Notes under the pieces: generated by a model
Told to the model about the DNA's origin: nothing
The model's database searches: none
The model's input: the letters and a program-made list of their open reading frames with translations, nothing else
Shown: piece after piece, positions 52,715 to 64,000 of the stretch
How the letters are laid out: every line of letters starts with the position of its first letter
How positions within the stretch are numbered: position 1 is the stretch's first letter
Translations under genes and position numbers: made by a program
Origin: Octopus vulgaris
Lineage: Eukaryota
Length of the DNA: 64,000 nucleotides
Direction of reading: 5' to 3'
Assembly: GCA_951406725.2 (NCBI GenBank)
Contig: OX597830.1
Coordinates: forward strand, 11,470,001-11,534,000

Positions 52715-53120
52715 AAAGGTCATGCTTCACCACCTCGTCCCATGTCTTCCTGGGTCTACCTCTTCCACAGGTTCTATCTACAGTTAGGGAGTGGTACTTC
52801 CTCACACAGTTCTCTTCATTCATACCTAACACATGACCATACCAGTGCAGTCACCTCTCTTGCACACCACATTTGAATCTTCTTATGCCCAACTTTTCTC
52901 TCGGGCCACTTACACTCTGTCGTGTATGCACACTGACATTACACATCCAGTGGATCATACTAGCTTCATTTGTTTCAAGCCTACACATGTCCTCAGCATT
53001 CACAGACCATGTTTCACTGGCGTGTAGCATGGTAGTTCACACACATGCATCATACAGTCTACCTTTCACCCTGAGCGAGAGGCCCTTAGTTGCCAGCAGA
53101 GATAGGAGCTCGCTGGACTT
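52715..53120 (-). pseudogene. RTE fragment (post-RT region)
   Basis: Homologous to 57125-57530. Confidence 0.8.
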
Positions 53121-53351
53121 TGATGAACTTCTTTCAGTTTCTGTCTACCTAATCCATTCACAAAGCTCTCAACAGCCTGAGACTATACAGAAGACACTTG
53201 CCCAAGGTACCATGCAATGAGACTGAACTGGGAACCATGTGGTTGGGAAGCAAGCTTCTTACCACATAACTAGACCTGTTCCTATGAGCCATATATATAT
53301 ATATATATATATATATAAACATATACATTTATAAGGATATATATATATATA

Positions 53352-53543
53352 TTTCAAAATGTGACCGTGTGTGTACCGTTGGCGATTTCTTTCCCTCTGT
53401 CTTCCCTTCTCTTATGTTTCTGACGAAGAGCTCCGCTCAAAACGTTAAATCCTCCTCCTTTCCTGAGCGTCCAATAATACTATATTTGTTCCACGTCCTC
53501 GTGTTGTTGTGTTTTTTGTGCTTTCTTGTTTGGATTAACTTTA
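53352..53543 (+). mobile_element. ~200-bp hammerhead-bearing short element, copy 2
   Basis: GTTT-CTGACGA-AGAGCTCCGCTC-aAAAC-GTT-AAAt at 53416-53450; (TA)n flanks. Confidence 0.7.
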
Positions 53544-54867
53544 TATATATATATATGTATATATATGTGGTTGTGTTTGTGTGTGTGTATGTCAATATAT
53601 GAGTGTGTTTAGAATACAAAGCGGTAAAGCATAAATTTCAGATATCGTTCATATTTTGTGATCAACATAATCTCAGCCAGATTCCTGTTAAAACAGTAAT
53701 GAGCAGCACACATAGAAAATGAAGATAAAATGCTAAAAATAGACAACCAATTACACTGAAGCTTTGTAGTCAAGTGTATCTATGACTGATTGATAATGTT
53801 GCCCCCCCCATATCTGTGTGTGTGTGTGTTTGTGTTTTGCAACTATGTACCATGTTTGTATGTATGGATGTGCATCTCTATAAGCGTGGACCCGTGTCTC
53901 CATATGTGTCCTTGTGTGGAGTGAAGTGTGTGTGTGTGTATATATGGTCATGTGTCTCAGTCTCCATTTCATTTGCGTATGTGTGCTTGTCTGTTCATAT
54001 AACCTATGTAACCTAGGTTCTCGCAGAAGATTAGAAATTACTGTCACTGCTTGTATAACAGTGACACTCATTTTACAACTGCCACATGATATCAAGACAA
54101 GGAGACACTAACACACACACACACATTTTACTTTTCACTAGACTCACACAACGCTACTTGAGAAGGGGAGGTAATCTCAAGCTTCAAGAATTCTTTTCCT
54201 TAATTGCCTGTCAGTTTTGGAGTATTCTTGAATCTTCAGATTATCTCCCCTTCTCAAGAGAAGCTGATATAATTGCCATTTCATAATGATGATAAATCAC
54301 CTCAGAACATAATTTTAATAAATCAAGAACTGTTATTTAACATTCTGGTATTTGTCTATGTTATTCAAATACATGCCAGTTATTTTTCTTAGCTCGTTTT
54401 TGTTTAAATTATGCAAATTACCAAATCCATAACTGTTTTGTATTTTGGTTCCTAGACATAAGGTTGGACAGATGTTGTGCTGATGCAGTGGAATAAAAGG
54501 AAAGCTAACAGAGAAAGTAGTGTTAGTATGTAGGGCATGCACAGGAGCCATAAAGACCAATGATACACAATATGATTCTCTCAAATGCTATGGAGGTTCC
54601 TTAGGGATTGTAGAGAGTTTGTTGTCTAGATGACAGTTTCTGCATTGCCCACCAGATAAGGGATTGGAGGACCCAGTCAAAGGCTTTCTCCAAGTCCACA
54701 AAAAACAAGTAGAGGGGTTTATCTTTAGCTAGGTATTTCTCCTGCAGTTGTCGAACCAGAAATATAGCATCAGTGGTACTTCTACCCGGAAAAAAACCAA
54801 ACTGCATCTCATCTAAGCAGACTCTCTCCCTAATGAGATGGACTATGACCCTCTCTGTGACCTTCAT

Positions 54868-56025
54868 AAATAATAATAATAATGAAATTATTGTATACAG
54901 TGCTCAGGTGCACCACAACTTGTTAGAAAGTGCATATAAAGTACATGCAGTAATGTAGAAATGTCTGGAAAGTGAACATGCTTGTGTGTGTATGGAGGGG
55001 AAAAATCAAGTGTAGTGTTGGCGAATCTCAGGAAGCATGGAAGTTTTGAAGGAGGCACTGCTACGACAACTAACAACTGATGACGGCAGTTTGTTCCATG
55101 CTTCAGCAACTCTCAGCGTGAAAAAATGTTTCCTGAAGTCATGGGAGCTGTGCTGTTTTCTGACTTTGTGAATATGTCCACGGGTGTTAGATGGGTGGAG
55201 TTTGAAGAGGTGCTCAGTGTTATTGTTTGTGCGATGGTTGATAATTTTATGGGTGTCTGCCAGGTCAGCTGCCAGACGTCGGAGTTTCAATGTATCCATG
55301 CCCAGGGAAGTAAGGCGTTCAGGATATGGCAAGTGCCTGATGGAGGGTATTCTTTTGGTTGCACATCGCTGAACAGCTTCCAGACGATTGATGTCCTGGG
55401 CAAGATAGGGGTTCCAGACCGGTGATGCAAATTCCAGGTGAGGTCTTACCATAGCTATATAAAGCCGCAGATAGATATCCGGAGAGCGGCTCACAAAGGA
55501 TTTGGTGAGTGATGCCAAGACACCCTCAGCCTTCTTGACAATTTTGGCGATGTGTTTTGTCCAACACAAATCACTGTCGACAATAACACCCAGGTCACGT
55601 TCACTTGAAGACTTTTTGAGACTAGTGTTGTGGAGGGAGTAGGTGGACGCTGGGTTTCTCCACCCAAAATGCATGGTGGTACATTTGTCCACAGCCAGCT
55701 TGAGTTGCCAGTCCATGATCCACTGCTGCATTGTGTCCAGGTCTGCTTGCAATAGAGATCCATAGTGTATAGGATTTGACCTCTTTATTTTGAGGTACAG
55801 CTTGATGTCATCTGCATATTTCAGCACTGTGGCATTCTTTAAGTTGGCATCTATGTCATTAACATATGCAACAAATAAAAGGGGGCCAAGAACAGATCCC
55901 TGCGGCACACCAGATGTCATCTCATAGGGCGAAGAGTGCTGTCCTAGAACTGTGACAACCTCTTTTCGGCCGAAAATAAAGGACTTTAACCAGTTATAGA
56001 GTTCGTCTCTTACACCATAGTGATC
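54868..56025 (-). mobile_element. 5'-truncated CR1-clade LINE with open RT half (340 aa), inserted into an RTE remnant
   Basis: SGVPQGSVLGPLLF, YADDIKL, ERDLGV motifs; it splits the RTE peptide GIKLLD (~56025-56045) from MKVTERV (54867 leftwards). Confidence 0.93.
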
Positions 56026-56748
56026 CAACAGTTTAATACCCCTAGATAGTTATTTCTATCTAGAGCATCACCTTTACCCTTGTAGCAGTTGACTATGGTG
56101 CTGCTACGCCAGTCATTGGATGTTCTGAAAATATAGTTGCTTTAAAAGAAAAGAATTGAGAAAGTTCAGAGAACTATTACCTCTGTTGGCAATAAAATTT
56201 CTCTCTCAAAACAAAAGGCAGATTGCTTGGTGCTTGTGTACAAACAGCTCTGCTATACTGTGGTGAGACATGCGACCCGAATGTAGAGGACGTGTAAAGA
56301 CCAGACAGAAATGAAGCTAGTATGCTCTGTTGGATGTGCTCTGTCAGTGTACAAGTACAACAAAGTACTAATTTATTGAGAGAAATGCTAGGCATAAGAG
56401 GAATCAGATGTACTGCTCATGAGAGAAGACTATGCTGGTTTGGTCATGCGGTGTGTAAGGATGAGGACAGCTGCATAAAGAAGAGACGGTTGTTTAAAAT
56501 GGACGGAACTCATGGAAGAGAGAGAGAGAGAGAGACCAAATCACTTTGGTTACACTTGTGTATGCAGAAATTTTAAGGTGTTTCTTTTATTTTGTCCAAC
56601 CCCAGTATATATATATATATATATATATGACTGGCCTGGTGCAGCCTTCGGGCTTCCCAGACCCCAGTTGAACCGTCCAACCCATGCTAGCATGGAAAGC
56701 GGACGTTAAACGATGATGATGATGATGATGATGATGATGATATATATA

Positions 56749-59700
56749 TCATCATTATTGTTTAACGTCCATTTTCCGTGCTAGCACGAGTCTGGGAAGC
56801 CAGGAGGCTGCACCAGGCTCCAGTCTGATCTTGCAGTGTTTCTACAGCTGGATGCCCTTCCTAACGCCAACCACTCCATGAGTGTAGTGGGTGCTTTTTA
56901 TGTGCCACCGGCACAGGTGCCAGGGGAGGCTGGCAGCATCTGCGATCGATCGGTGCTTTTACGTGTCACCGACACGGACGCCAGTCAGGTGGCGCTGGCT
57001 GGGGCTATGCGAAAACTGGTGCAGGAAACAGCTATGAACTCACATTATTTGTCGGGTCTTTGCAGTCGCAGCATATCTCCAGAGATCTTGGTCTTTTGTC
57101 ATTGCATCTGTGAGACCCAACGTTTGAAGGTCATGCTTGACCACCTCATCCCATGTCTTCCTGGGTCTAACTCTCCCCTGGATACCTTCAACTGTTTGGG
57201 AGTGGCACTTCTTCACATATCTCTCCTCATCCATCCGCAGTACATGGCTATACCAGCACAAACGTCTCCCTTGCACACTACACCTGATGCGTCTTACGTC
57301 TAGCATTTCTCTCAGGGCGCTTACACTCTGTCGTGTGTGCACACTGACATTACTCATCCAGCAGATCATACTAGCTTCATTTCTTTCAAGTCTACGCATG
57401 TCCTCTGCAGTCACGGCCCATGTTTCACTACCATGAACCATGGTAGTTCGCACACATGCATCATACAATCTACCTTTCACTCTGAGCGAGAGACCCTTTG
57501 TCGCCAGTAGGGATAGAAGCTTTCTAAACTTTGCCCAGGCTATTCATATTCTAGTGGTAACACTCTCTGAGCATCCACCCCCGCTACTAACTTGGTCACA
57601 TAGGTAGCGGAAACTATCAACTACATCTAGTTTCTCCCCCTGGAGTGTGATGGAATCTGTTTTCTGAGTATCTGTGGTGTCTATTGCCCCTGTGCATCTG
57701 CTGCACACGAAAGCTATCTTCTCGGTTAATTTCCCTTTGATGTTGCTGCACCTCTCATGCATCCAGAGCTTACACTGGGTACATCTTATGGAGTTTCTAC
57801 CTATACCTTTTCTACAGATCGAGCAGGGCCACCTACTTGAGGGGGTGTGTGAGGTTGCCATTCTGCTTACTATAACTTTGCTACATTTACTCTAAGGCCT
57901 TTTGATTCTAAACCTAGCTTCTACACACGACATTTCTTTTCTATTTCTGGTAGTGATTCTGCTATGGAGGCCAGGTCATCAGCATAGAGGAGCTCCCAGG
58001 GGCAACCAGTCTTGAATTCCTCTGTTATTGCCTGGAGGACTATGATAAATAGAAAGGGACAGAGGGCTGAACCTTGGTGGAGCCCTACTTCTACCCGGAA
58101 TTCTTCACTATACTCATTGCCAATCCTAACCTTACTAACGGCCTCTCTGTTAGGGCCTGTATGGCCCTTATCAACCATTTGTCAATCTCCGGTTTCCGCA
58201 TTGCCCACCAGATAAGAGATTGGGGGACCCTGTCAAAGGCTTTCTCCAAGTCCACAAAAGCTAAGTATAGGAGTTTATCTTTAGCTAGGTATTTCTTCTG
58301 CAGTTGTCAAACCAGAAATATAGCATCAGTGGTGCTTCTACCCAGAACAAAACCAAACTGCATCTCATCTAAGCAGACTCACTCCCTAATGAGATGGACT
58401 ATGACCCTCTCTGCGACCTTCATCACTTGATCCAGCAGTTTAATACCCCTGTAGTTATTCCTATCTAGAGCATCACCTTTACCCTTGTAGCAGTTGACTA
58501 TGATGCTGCCACGCCAGTCATTGGGTATGACTCCGTTATGTACTACCTGGTTTACAATGCGGGTGACAAGGCCATAGCCCACACCACCAGATACTTTAAG
58601 CATCTCAGCAGTGATTCCTGATGAGCCGGGGGCTTTTCCTGGCTTCATACTCTTAATTGCTTTATCTACAAGGGAGCTGTCTATTCAGATAGCTGGTCTC
58701 TCTACTGGATCAACATTTGGCAGGCTCTCCTCCTCCCATTCATTCTCTATGTTCAGCAGTCTTTCATAATGGCTTCTCCAAGCCTCTTTCTTTTCAGAAT
58801 CATTAAAAGCAAGTGCACCATCATCCATGCAGACACATTTCTCTCCTGTGACATCACAATTTTTGTCTCACACACTCTTACAATCCGAAATACCTTAGTT
58901 CTTTGGTCCTCATGTCTCTGGACATTTGCAAACTTCTTTTCTGCTTCGCTCTTGGCTATGTATACCTGCCGCCCAGCTTCCCTTCTGGCTATCTGGTACC
59001 ATTCCCTGATACCACCATCCGTCCAGGCTTTCCAGGCCCGTTTCTTTGCCCTAACAGCTTTGTCTACCGTACTATTCCACCACCACGTAACTCTGGGTCT
59101 GGAAGGGACTTTGCACCATCTGCAGACTTGGTCTGTGGGACTCAGCAAGCTGTCCCATAGGAATTTCCAGCTACCTTCTATCTCCGACGTCTGTAGCTCC
59201 TCCTCCCTCTCATCAAATTTCTTGATGAGGATGTCCCAAAATCTCTGACCATGTGAAGGGTTCTTTAGCTTCCAAATCCTTCTTTTCTGGATTGGTCTGC
59301 TTCTTCGTATCCTTCTGTCCTCAAGCCTAAAATCACTAATGACTAGCCTATGCTGGGGGGTACATTCTTCTATTTAAGAGCAACCCTGTGTCCTGCTGTC
59401 TGGTGAGGATGAAATCAATCTGGCTAGTAGAGTCCCCTGATTAATAGGTTATAAGGTGACTGTCTGGCTTCCTGAAGTTAGTGTTGCAGATTAAAAGGTT
59501 ACATGCATCACAGAATTCCAGTAGCCTAGCCCCTCATCGTTTCGGGTGCCAATACCATGGCCACCGTATACCCCAGTAAAGATACCAGATTCCCATCCAA
59601 CATGCCCATTAAAGTCTCCAGCCACAAAGATGAGGTCATTTCCACTCGTCTTTGAGGTAGCCTGCAGAAGGGTATCATAAAAGTGGACCTTCTGATCATT

Positions 59701-59845
59701 TGGTAGCCCCGTGTGTGGGGCGTAGGCGGAGATAATTGTAGCTGTGCTGTTCTGTAGGACTAGCCTGAGTTTAAGAACTCTATCACATACCCTGACAACC
59801 TCTATGACCTTATCCACCCATTTCTCCGGCAGGAGTAAGCATACT
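56749..59845 (-). mobile_element. Near full-length, frameshifted RTE-clade LINE (APE endonuclease + RT + PHD-like finger)
   Basis: IISAYAP, AGDFNGHVG, YRGIKLL, QFGF, FVDLEKAFD, GLHQGSAL, LLYADDL, GRVRPRKTW motifs; (GAT)n tail. Confidence 0.95.
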
Positions 59846-60039
59846 GGGCTGATCACATCATGGCAAAATCTGATATTGTCTAAGACAGATTAATCTGGTT
59901 TTCTGGATGTTAAATGATGATGATGAATGAGATATATAAAAGCATACCAGGCTGATCGCATCATGGCAAAATCTGATATTGTCTAAGGCAGATCAAGCAG
60001 GTTTCCTTGAATGTTTCTTAACCCAGGATGAGTGTTGGT

Positions 60040-60228
60040 TTAATCACTTTGAGTCAGAGATAAAGAGACAATCTATGCAGTGATAACACCCCTCGGTACC
60101 TGCTCCAAAGAAGGCCAAGGTCGTTTCCTCTGCAGGGGAGGCAACGGCCTCAGTTTTTGGGGATACAAAAGGCATTGTGTTTATTGACTATCTCCAAAAG
60201 GGCCACACAATCAATGGAAAGTACTAAA

Positions 60229-60275
<47 letters not shown>

Positions 60276-61638
60276 AATATATATACTCTTTTACTTGTTT
60301 CAGTCATTTGACTGCGGCCATGATGGAACACCGCCTTTAATCGAGCAACTCAACCCCGGAACTTATTCTTTGTAAGCCCAGTACTTATTCTATCGGCCTC
60401 TAATATTTATATACATACATGAATATACAGATATATATTAAGTCAGTGTATACACACATGCGCACATTATATATATATATATACATACATATGAATTAGT
60501 TAGTTAGTTAGTTAATTTGGCTCAAAAGCAAATAGCAAGGCCATGTAGGGGGACATGGAGTTAAGTACAGGGTGGAATTGACGATGAACTTGTAGAAAAC
60601 AACGAAATATTGGTTTCAAATTTTGGCACAAGGCCAGTAATTTGGGGGGGTGCTAGTTGATTACATTGACCCCAGTATTCAACTGGTATTTAATTTATCT
60701 TGAGGCGGCGAGCTGGCAGAAACGTTAGCACGCCGGGCGAAATGCTTAGCGGTATTTCGTCTGCGTTACGTTGTGAGTTCAAATTCTGCCGAGGTCGACT
60801 TTGCCTTTCATCCTTTTGGGGTCAATAAATTAAGTTTACGAAAGACTATCAAGACCAAAAAAGAAAACCCAAGAAAACTGATGAATGGGGTCTTGTTACA
60901 TCAGGACAATGCTGGAGCATTGTCCTTTGTATCAATGATTGTTGTGGCTTTGAACTGGTTGATGAGCCTCCTTATTCTCCCAATTTGGACCCATCTAACT
61001 ATCATCTGTTCTTCAACATGAAAAAATACTTGGCTGGGAATCTGTATCACAGTGAATATGATGGTTATATCTGCTGTGGAGGCGCAATGGCCCAGTGGTT
61101 AGGGCAGCGGACTCGCGGTCATAGGATCGCGGTTTCGATTCCCAGACCGGGCGTTGTGAGTGTTTATTGAGCGAAAACACCTGAAAGCTCAACGAGGCTC
61201 CGGCAGGGGATGGTGGTGATCCCTGCTGTACTCTTTCACCACAACTTTCTCTCACTCTTACTTCCTGTTTCTGTTGTACCTGTATTTCAAAGGGCCGGCC
61301 TTGTCACTCTCTGTGTCACGCTGAATATCCCCGAGAACTATGTTAAGGGTGCACGTGTCTGTGGAGTGCTCAGCCACTTACACGTTAATTTCCACGAGCA
61401 GGCTGTTCCGTTGATTCGGATCAACCGGAACCCTCATCGTTGTAACCGACGGAGTGCTTCCAATCCAAATCTGCTGTTGGTGAGTTTTTTGATCACCAAT
61501 GGGATCCAGACACGGCAACACCAACGAAAGAAGTGTGTGGATCACAAAGTGGACTATGTCGAAAAATAAACCTCATTTAGTCACCTTCCATGAGAGTGTC
61601 TTGGTCAGCCTCTGAACTTTTCAACCATCCCTTTTATA
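60040..61638 (+). mobile_element. Degraded mariner transposon with nested insertions
   Basis: PKKAKVVSSAG..GIVFIDYLQKGHTINGKY, LLHQDNA, PPYSPNLDPSNYHLF, KCVDHKVDYVEK* motifs. Confidence 0.85.
61076..61468 (+). mobile_element. SINE family C, tail variant 2
   Basis: TSD ATCTGCTGT; inside the mariner. Confidence 0.9.
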
Positions 61639-61963
61639 TAAGTGTGTGTGTGTGTGTGTGTGTGTATATGCATGTGTGTGTACATTTGTAGAAAGCAGAT
61701 ACATATTTACCTCTCGACTCGTCTAAATACAAGGTATTTTCCAATGAAAATAATCATGTTTTGATATTCATCGCATTGTAATGGTTTCATCATTTTGAGT
61801 GAGAGGCTTGTGGATTGTATAGTCATTCATAAATCTGTTTATACACATACTTGCATGTCAATAGACAGCCCTAAGTATGTGTGTATATATAGCTATATAC
61901 ACACATACATTTATTTATCATACATAGACGTATAAGATTATAGAAGAGTATACGGTCACTTAC

Positions 61964-62012
61964 CTACAGATCTGTAACCCATCATGGCTATTCTTCTCTG
62001 CCTTGGTGGCAT
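61964..62012 (-). CDS. Rheb: Rheb-family GTPase, coding exon 1 (MPPRQRRIAMMGYRSV-G)
   Basis: ATG at 62012 has an in-frame TGA two codons upstream. Rheb-type G1 box GYRSVGK (Arg at the Ras G12 position); donor G|gtaagtg; 49 nt. An upstream acceptor (cttttcacctgtgcag, AG at 62095-62096) suggests the exon extends to 62094 and that a non-coding exon lies further right. Confidence 0.93.
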
Positions 62013-62439
62013 CTTTCACCCGTAATACACTGTAAATCCTTCCGTCACTATAAGTCTCCTTGGCAGATGGTAAGTAACGAAGAAAATGGTAAGCCTGCAC
62101 AGGTGAAAAGAGATTCCTTTTTAATATTAAACTTTAGTATTTGATCATTTGCATTTTAATGTTCTACAAAGTAACACTTACAAATAAATGGTACATTCTA
62201 ATATTTATATGCATACATCAATATACAGATATATATTAAGTCAGTGTATACACACGCGCACACATTATATATATATATATACATACATACATACATACAT
62301 ACATACGAATTGCTGATGAACTTGTAGAAAACAACAAAATATTGGTTTCAAATTTTGGCACAAGGCCAGGAATTTTTTTTGGGGGGGGTGCTAATTGATT
62401 ACATTGACCCCAGTGTTCAACTGGTATTTAATTTATTAA

Positions 62440-62669
62440 GGCGGCGAGCTGGCAGAAACGTTAGCACGCCGGGCGAAATACTTAGCGGTATTTCGTCTGC
62501 GTTACGTTGTGAGTTCAAATTCTGCCGAGGTCGACTTTGCCTTTCATCATTTCGGGGTCGATAAATTAAGTACCAGTTACGCACTGGGGTCGATGTAATC
62601 GACTTAATACCTATGTCTGTCCTTGTTTGTCCCCTCTGTGTTTAGCCCCTTGTGGGTAATAAAGAAATA
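62440..62669 (+). mobile_element. SINE family B inserted in an older related SINE
   Basis: 17-bp TSD GG(T/C)ATTTAATTTATTAA at 62423-62439 / 62670-62686. Confidence 0.9.
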
Positions 62670-64000
62670 GGCATTTAATTTATTAATCGCAAAAGGATGA
62701 AAGGCAAAGTCGACCTCGGTGGAGTTTGAACCAAGAATGTGCAGGCAGACAAAATGCCCCTAAGCATTTTGCTTAGTGTGCTAATGATTCTGCCAGCTAG
62801 CTGTCTTAAAAAACAATAAAACATTGCTTGTAGAACTCAATACTTTTAGCAAAGTAAAATTATTGATTATATTAAGTTGACTGTGACTTCAAATTTTGTC
62901 TTTAAATAAGCTCTTAACCCTTTAGCACTTAAACTGATAATATCCGAGCCAAATCTTCAAACTAGCCAGATCAGCTTTCTCATAGCTCCCATACAATATT
63001 AATGCAAAAATAAATAATCATCATCATCATCATCGTTTAACGTCCGCTTTCCATGCTAGCATGGGTTGGACGGTTCAACTGGGGTCTGGGAAGCCAGGAG
63101 GCTGCACCAGGCCCAGTCTGATCTGGCAATGTTTCTACAGCTGGATGCCCTTCCTAACGCCAACCACTCCGTGAGTGTAGTGGGTGCATTTTTACGTGCC
63201 ACCGGCACAGGTGCCAAATGAGGGCTGGCAAACGGCCACTGAAATCTCAAAGCTACAAGATAACGCATGATTAATTCAAAACAATGTCAATAAATAAGCA
63301 TTACATTTGATAGAATAATCTGAATACTAAAGGATTAAAGATGAATATTGAAGTTCCTGTCAACTCAATATTCATACCTTTCAGGTGTGAATAGCATGGT
63401 CATATTCACACAACAGCACCTAACCACAATGTATTACAACTTCCACATTGTACCCTTCCATAACATACCACATACATTATCCTATACCTGTACACATCAT
63501 CGAAGAGTAAAACTGCATATACACACTGGCACGCAGATAGAACGGATTACTTCAGATGCACATTCAGACATGCTGAAATGCACATCATCATCATCACACC
63601 AATAAACAGACCTGCAACTAGAAAAACCCCTACAAATACTTCTCTTCACCACAACAACACCAACCACATGGTACTCCTCAGTTAACACACATTAATCCTT
63701 TAGCATTTGAACCAACCATATCTGACCAAAATATTCTAATTGTCTTATACTGAAACTGGCTTAGATCCAGTCTCTCACACCTGTGCTACAATGTCATTCT
63801 TAAAATAATAAAAAAATTACATCACTGACATCACAGAGCAATGAGATAATGCATGACTGATTCAAAAGAATGTGAATTAACATCTGACAGAATAATCTGA
63901 ATGCTAAAGGGTTAAATCCTATACATATGCACCACCACAATTACATAAACACAAGCATAATCACTAGAGTATACAGAGATATGCATTTGTATATACATGT

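Noticed and set aside
59838-59997. ~55-bp direct duplication at the RTE 5' junction
   Set aside because: Short local duplication with no sign of function; not a TSD of the RTE.
61076-61150. tRNA gene-like sequence (also at 14038, 21090-21161, 8664 and 6541)
   Set aside because: A/B boxes are present but the sequence continues into SINE bodies with TSDs; no clean cloverleaf.

Overview
AT-rich, microsatellite- and transposon-dense animal genomic DNA; the SINE/RTE repertoire suggests an octopus (inference). The only host gene I can support is a Rheb-family small GTPase on the minus strand. It has 8 coding exons between 62012 and 28756 with canonical GT-AG sites and encodes 180 aa (MPPRQRRIAMMGYRSVGKTS...YDPTIENT...DTAGQDEY...NKTD...SAK...CVVS*). 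The rest is mostly tRNA-derived SINEs, RTE/CR1/Tx1 LINE fragments, Helitrons, mariner/maT/Chapaev remnants, MITEs and Penelope-like element (PLE) debris. Main leads: (1) a frame-preserving 30-nt candidate microexon in Rheb intron 7; (2) about 11 minimal hammerhead-ribozyme motifs from about 8 unrelated sequence families, mostly beside (TA)n tracts and often in fold-backs, plus a dissected GIY-YIG PLE; (3) a 165-bp higher-order tandem repeat with a 512-codon ORF in intron 6; (4) an unidentified structured GC-rich island; (5) a PHD finger inside an RTE reverse transcriptase; (6) a 7-unit SINE array; (7) an intronic 28S rRNA fragment. Coordinates were read by eye, so TE boundaries are approximate.
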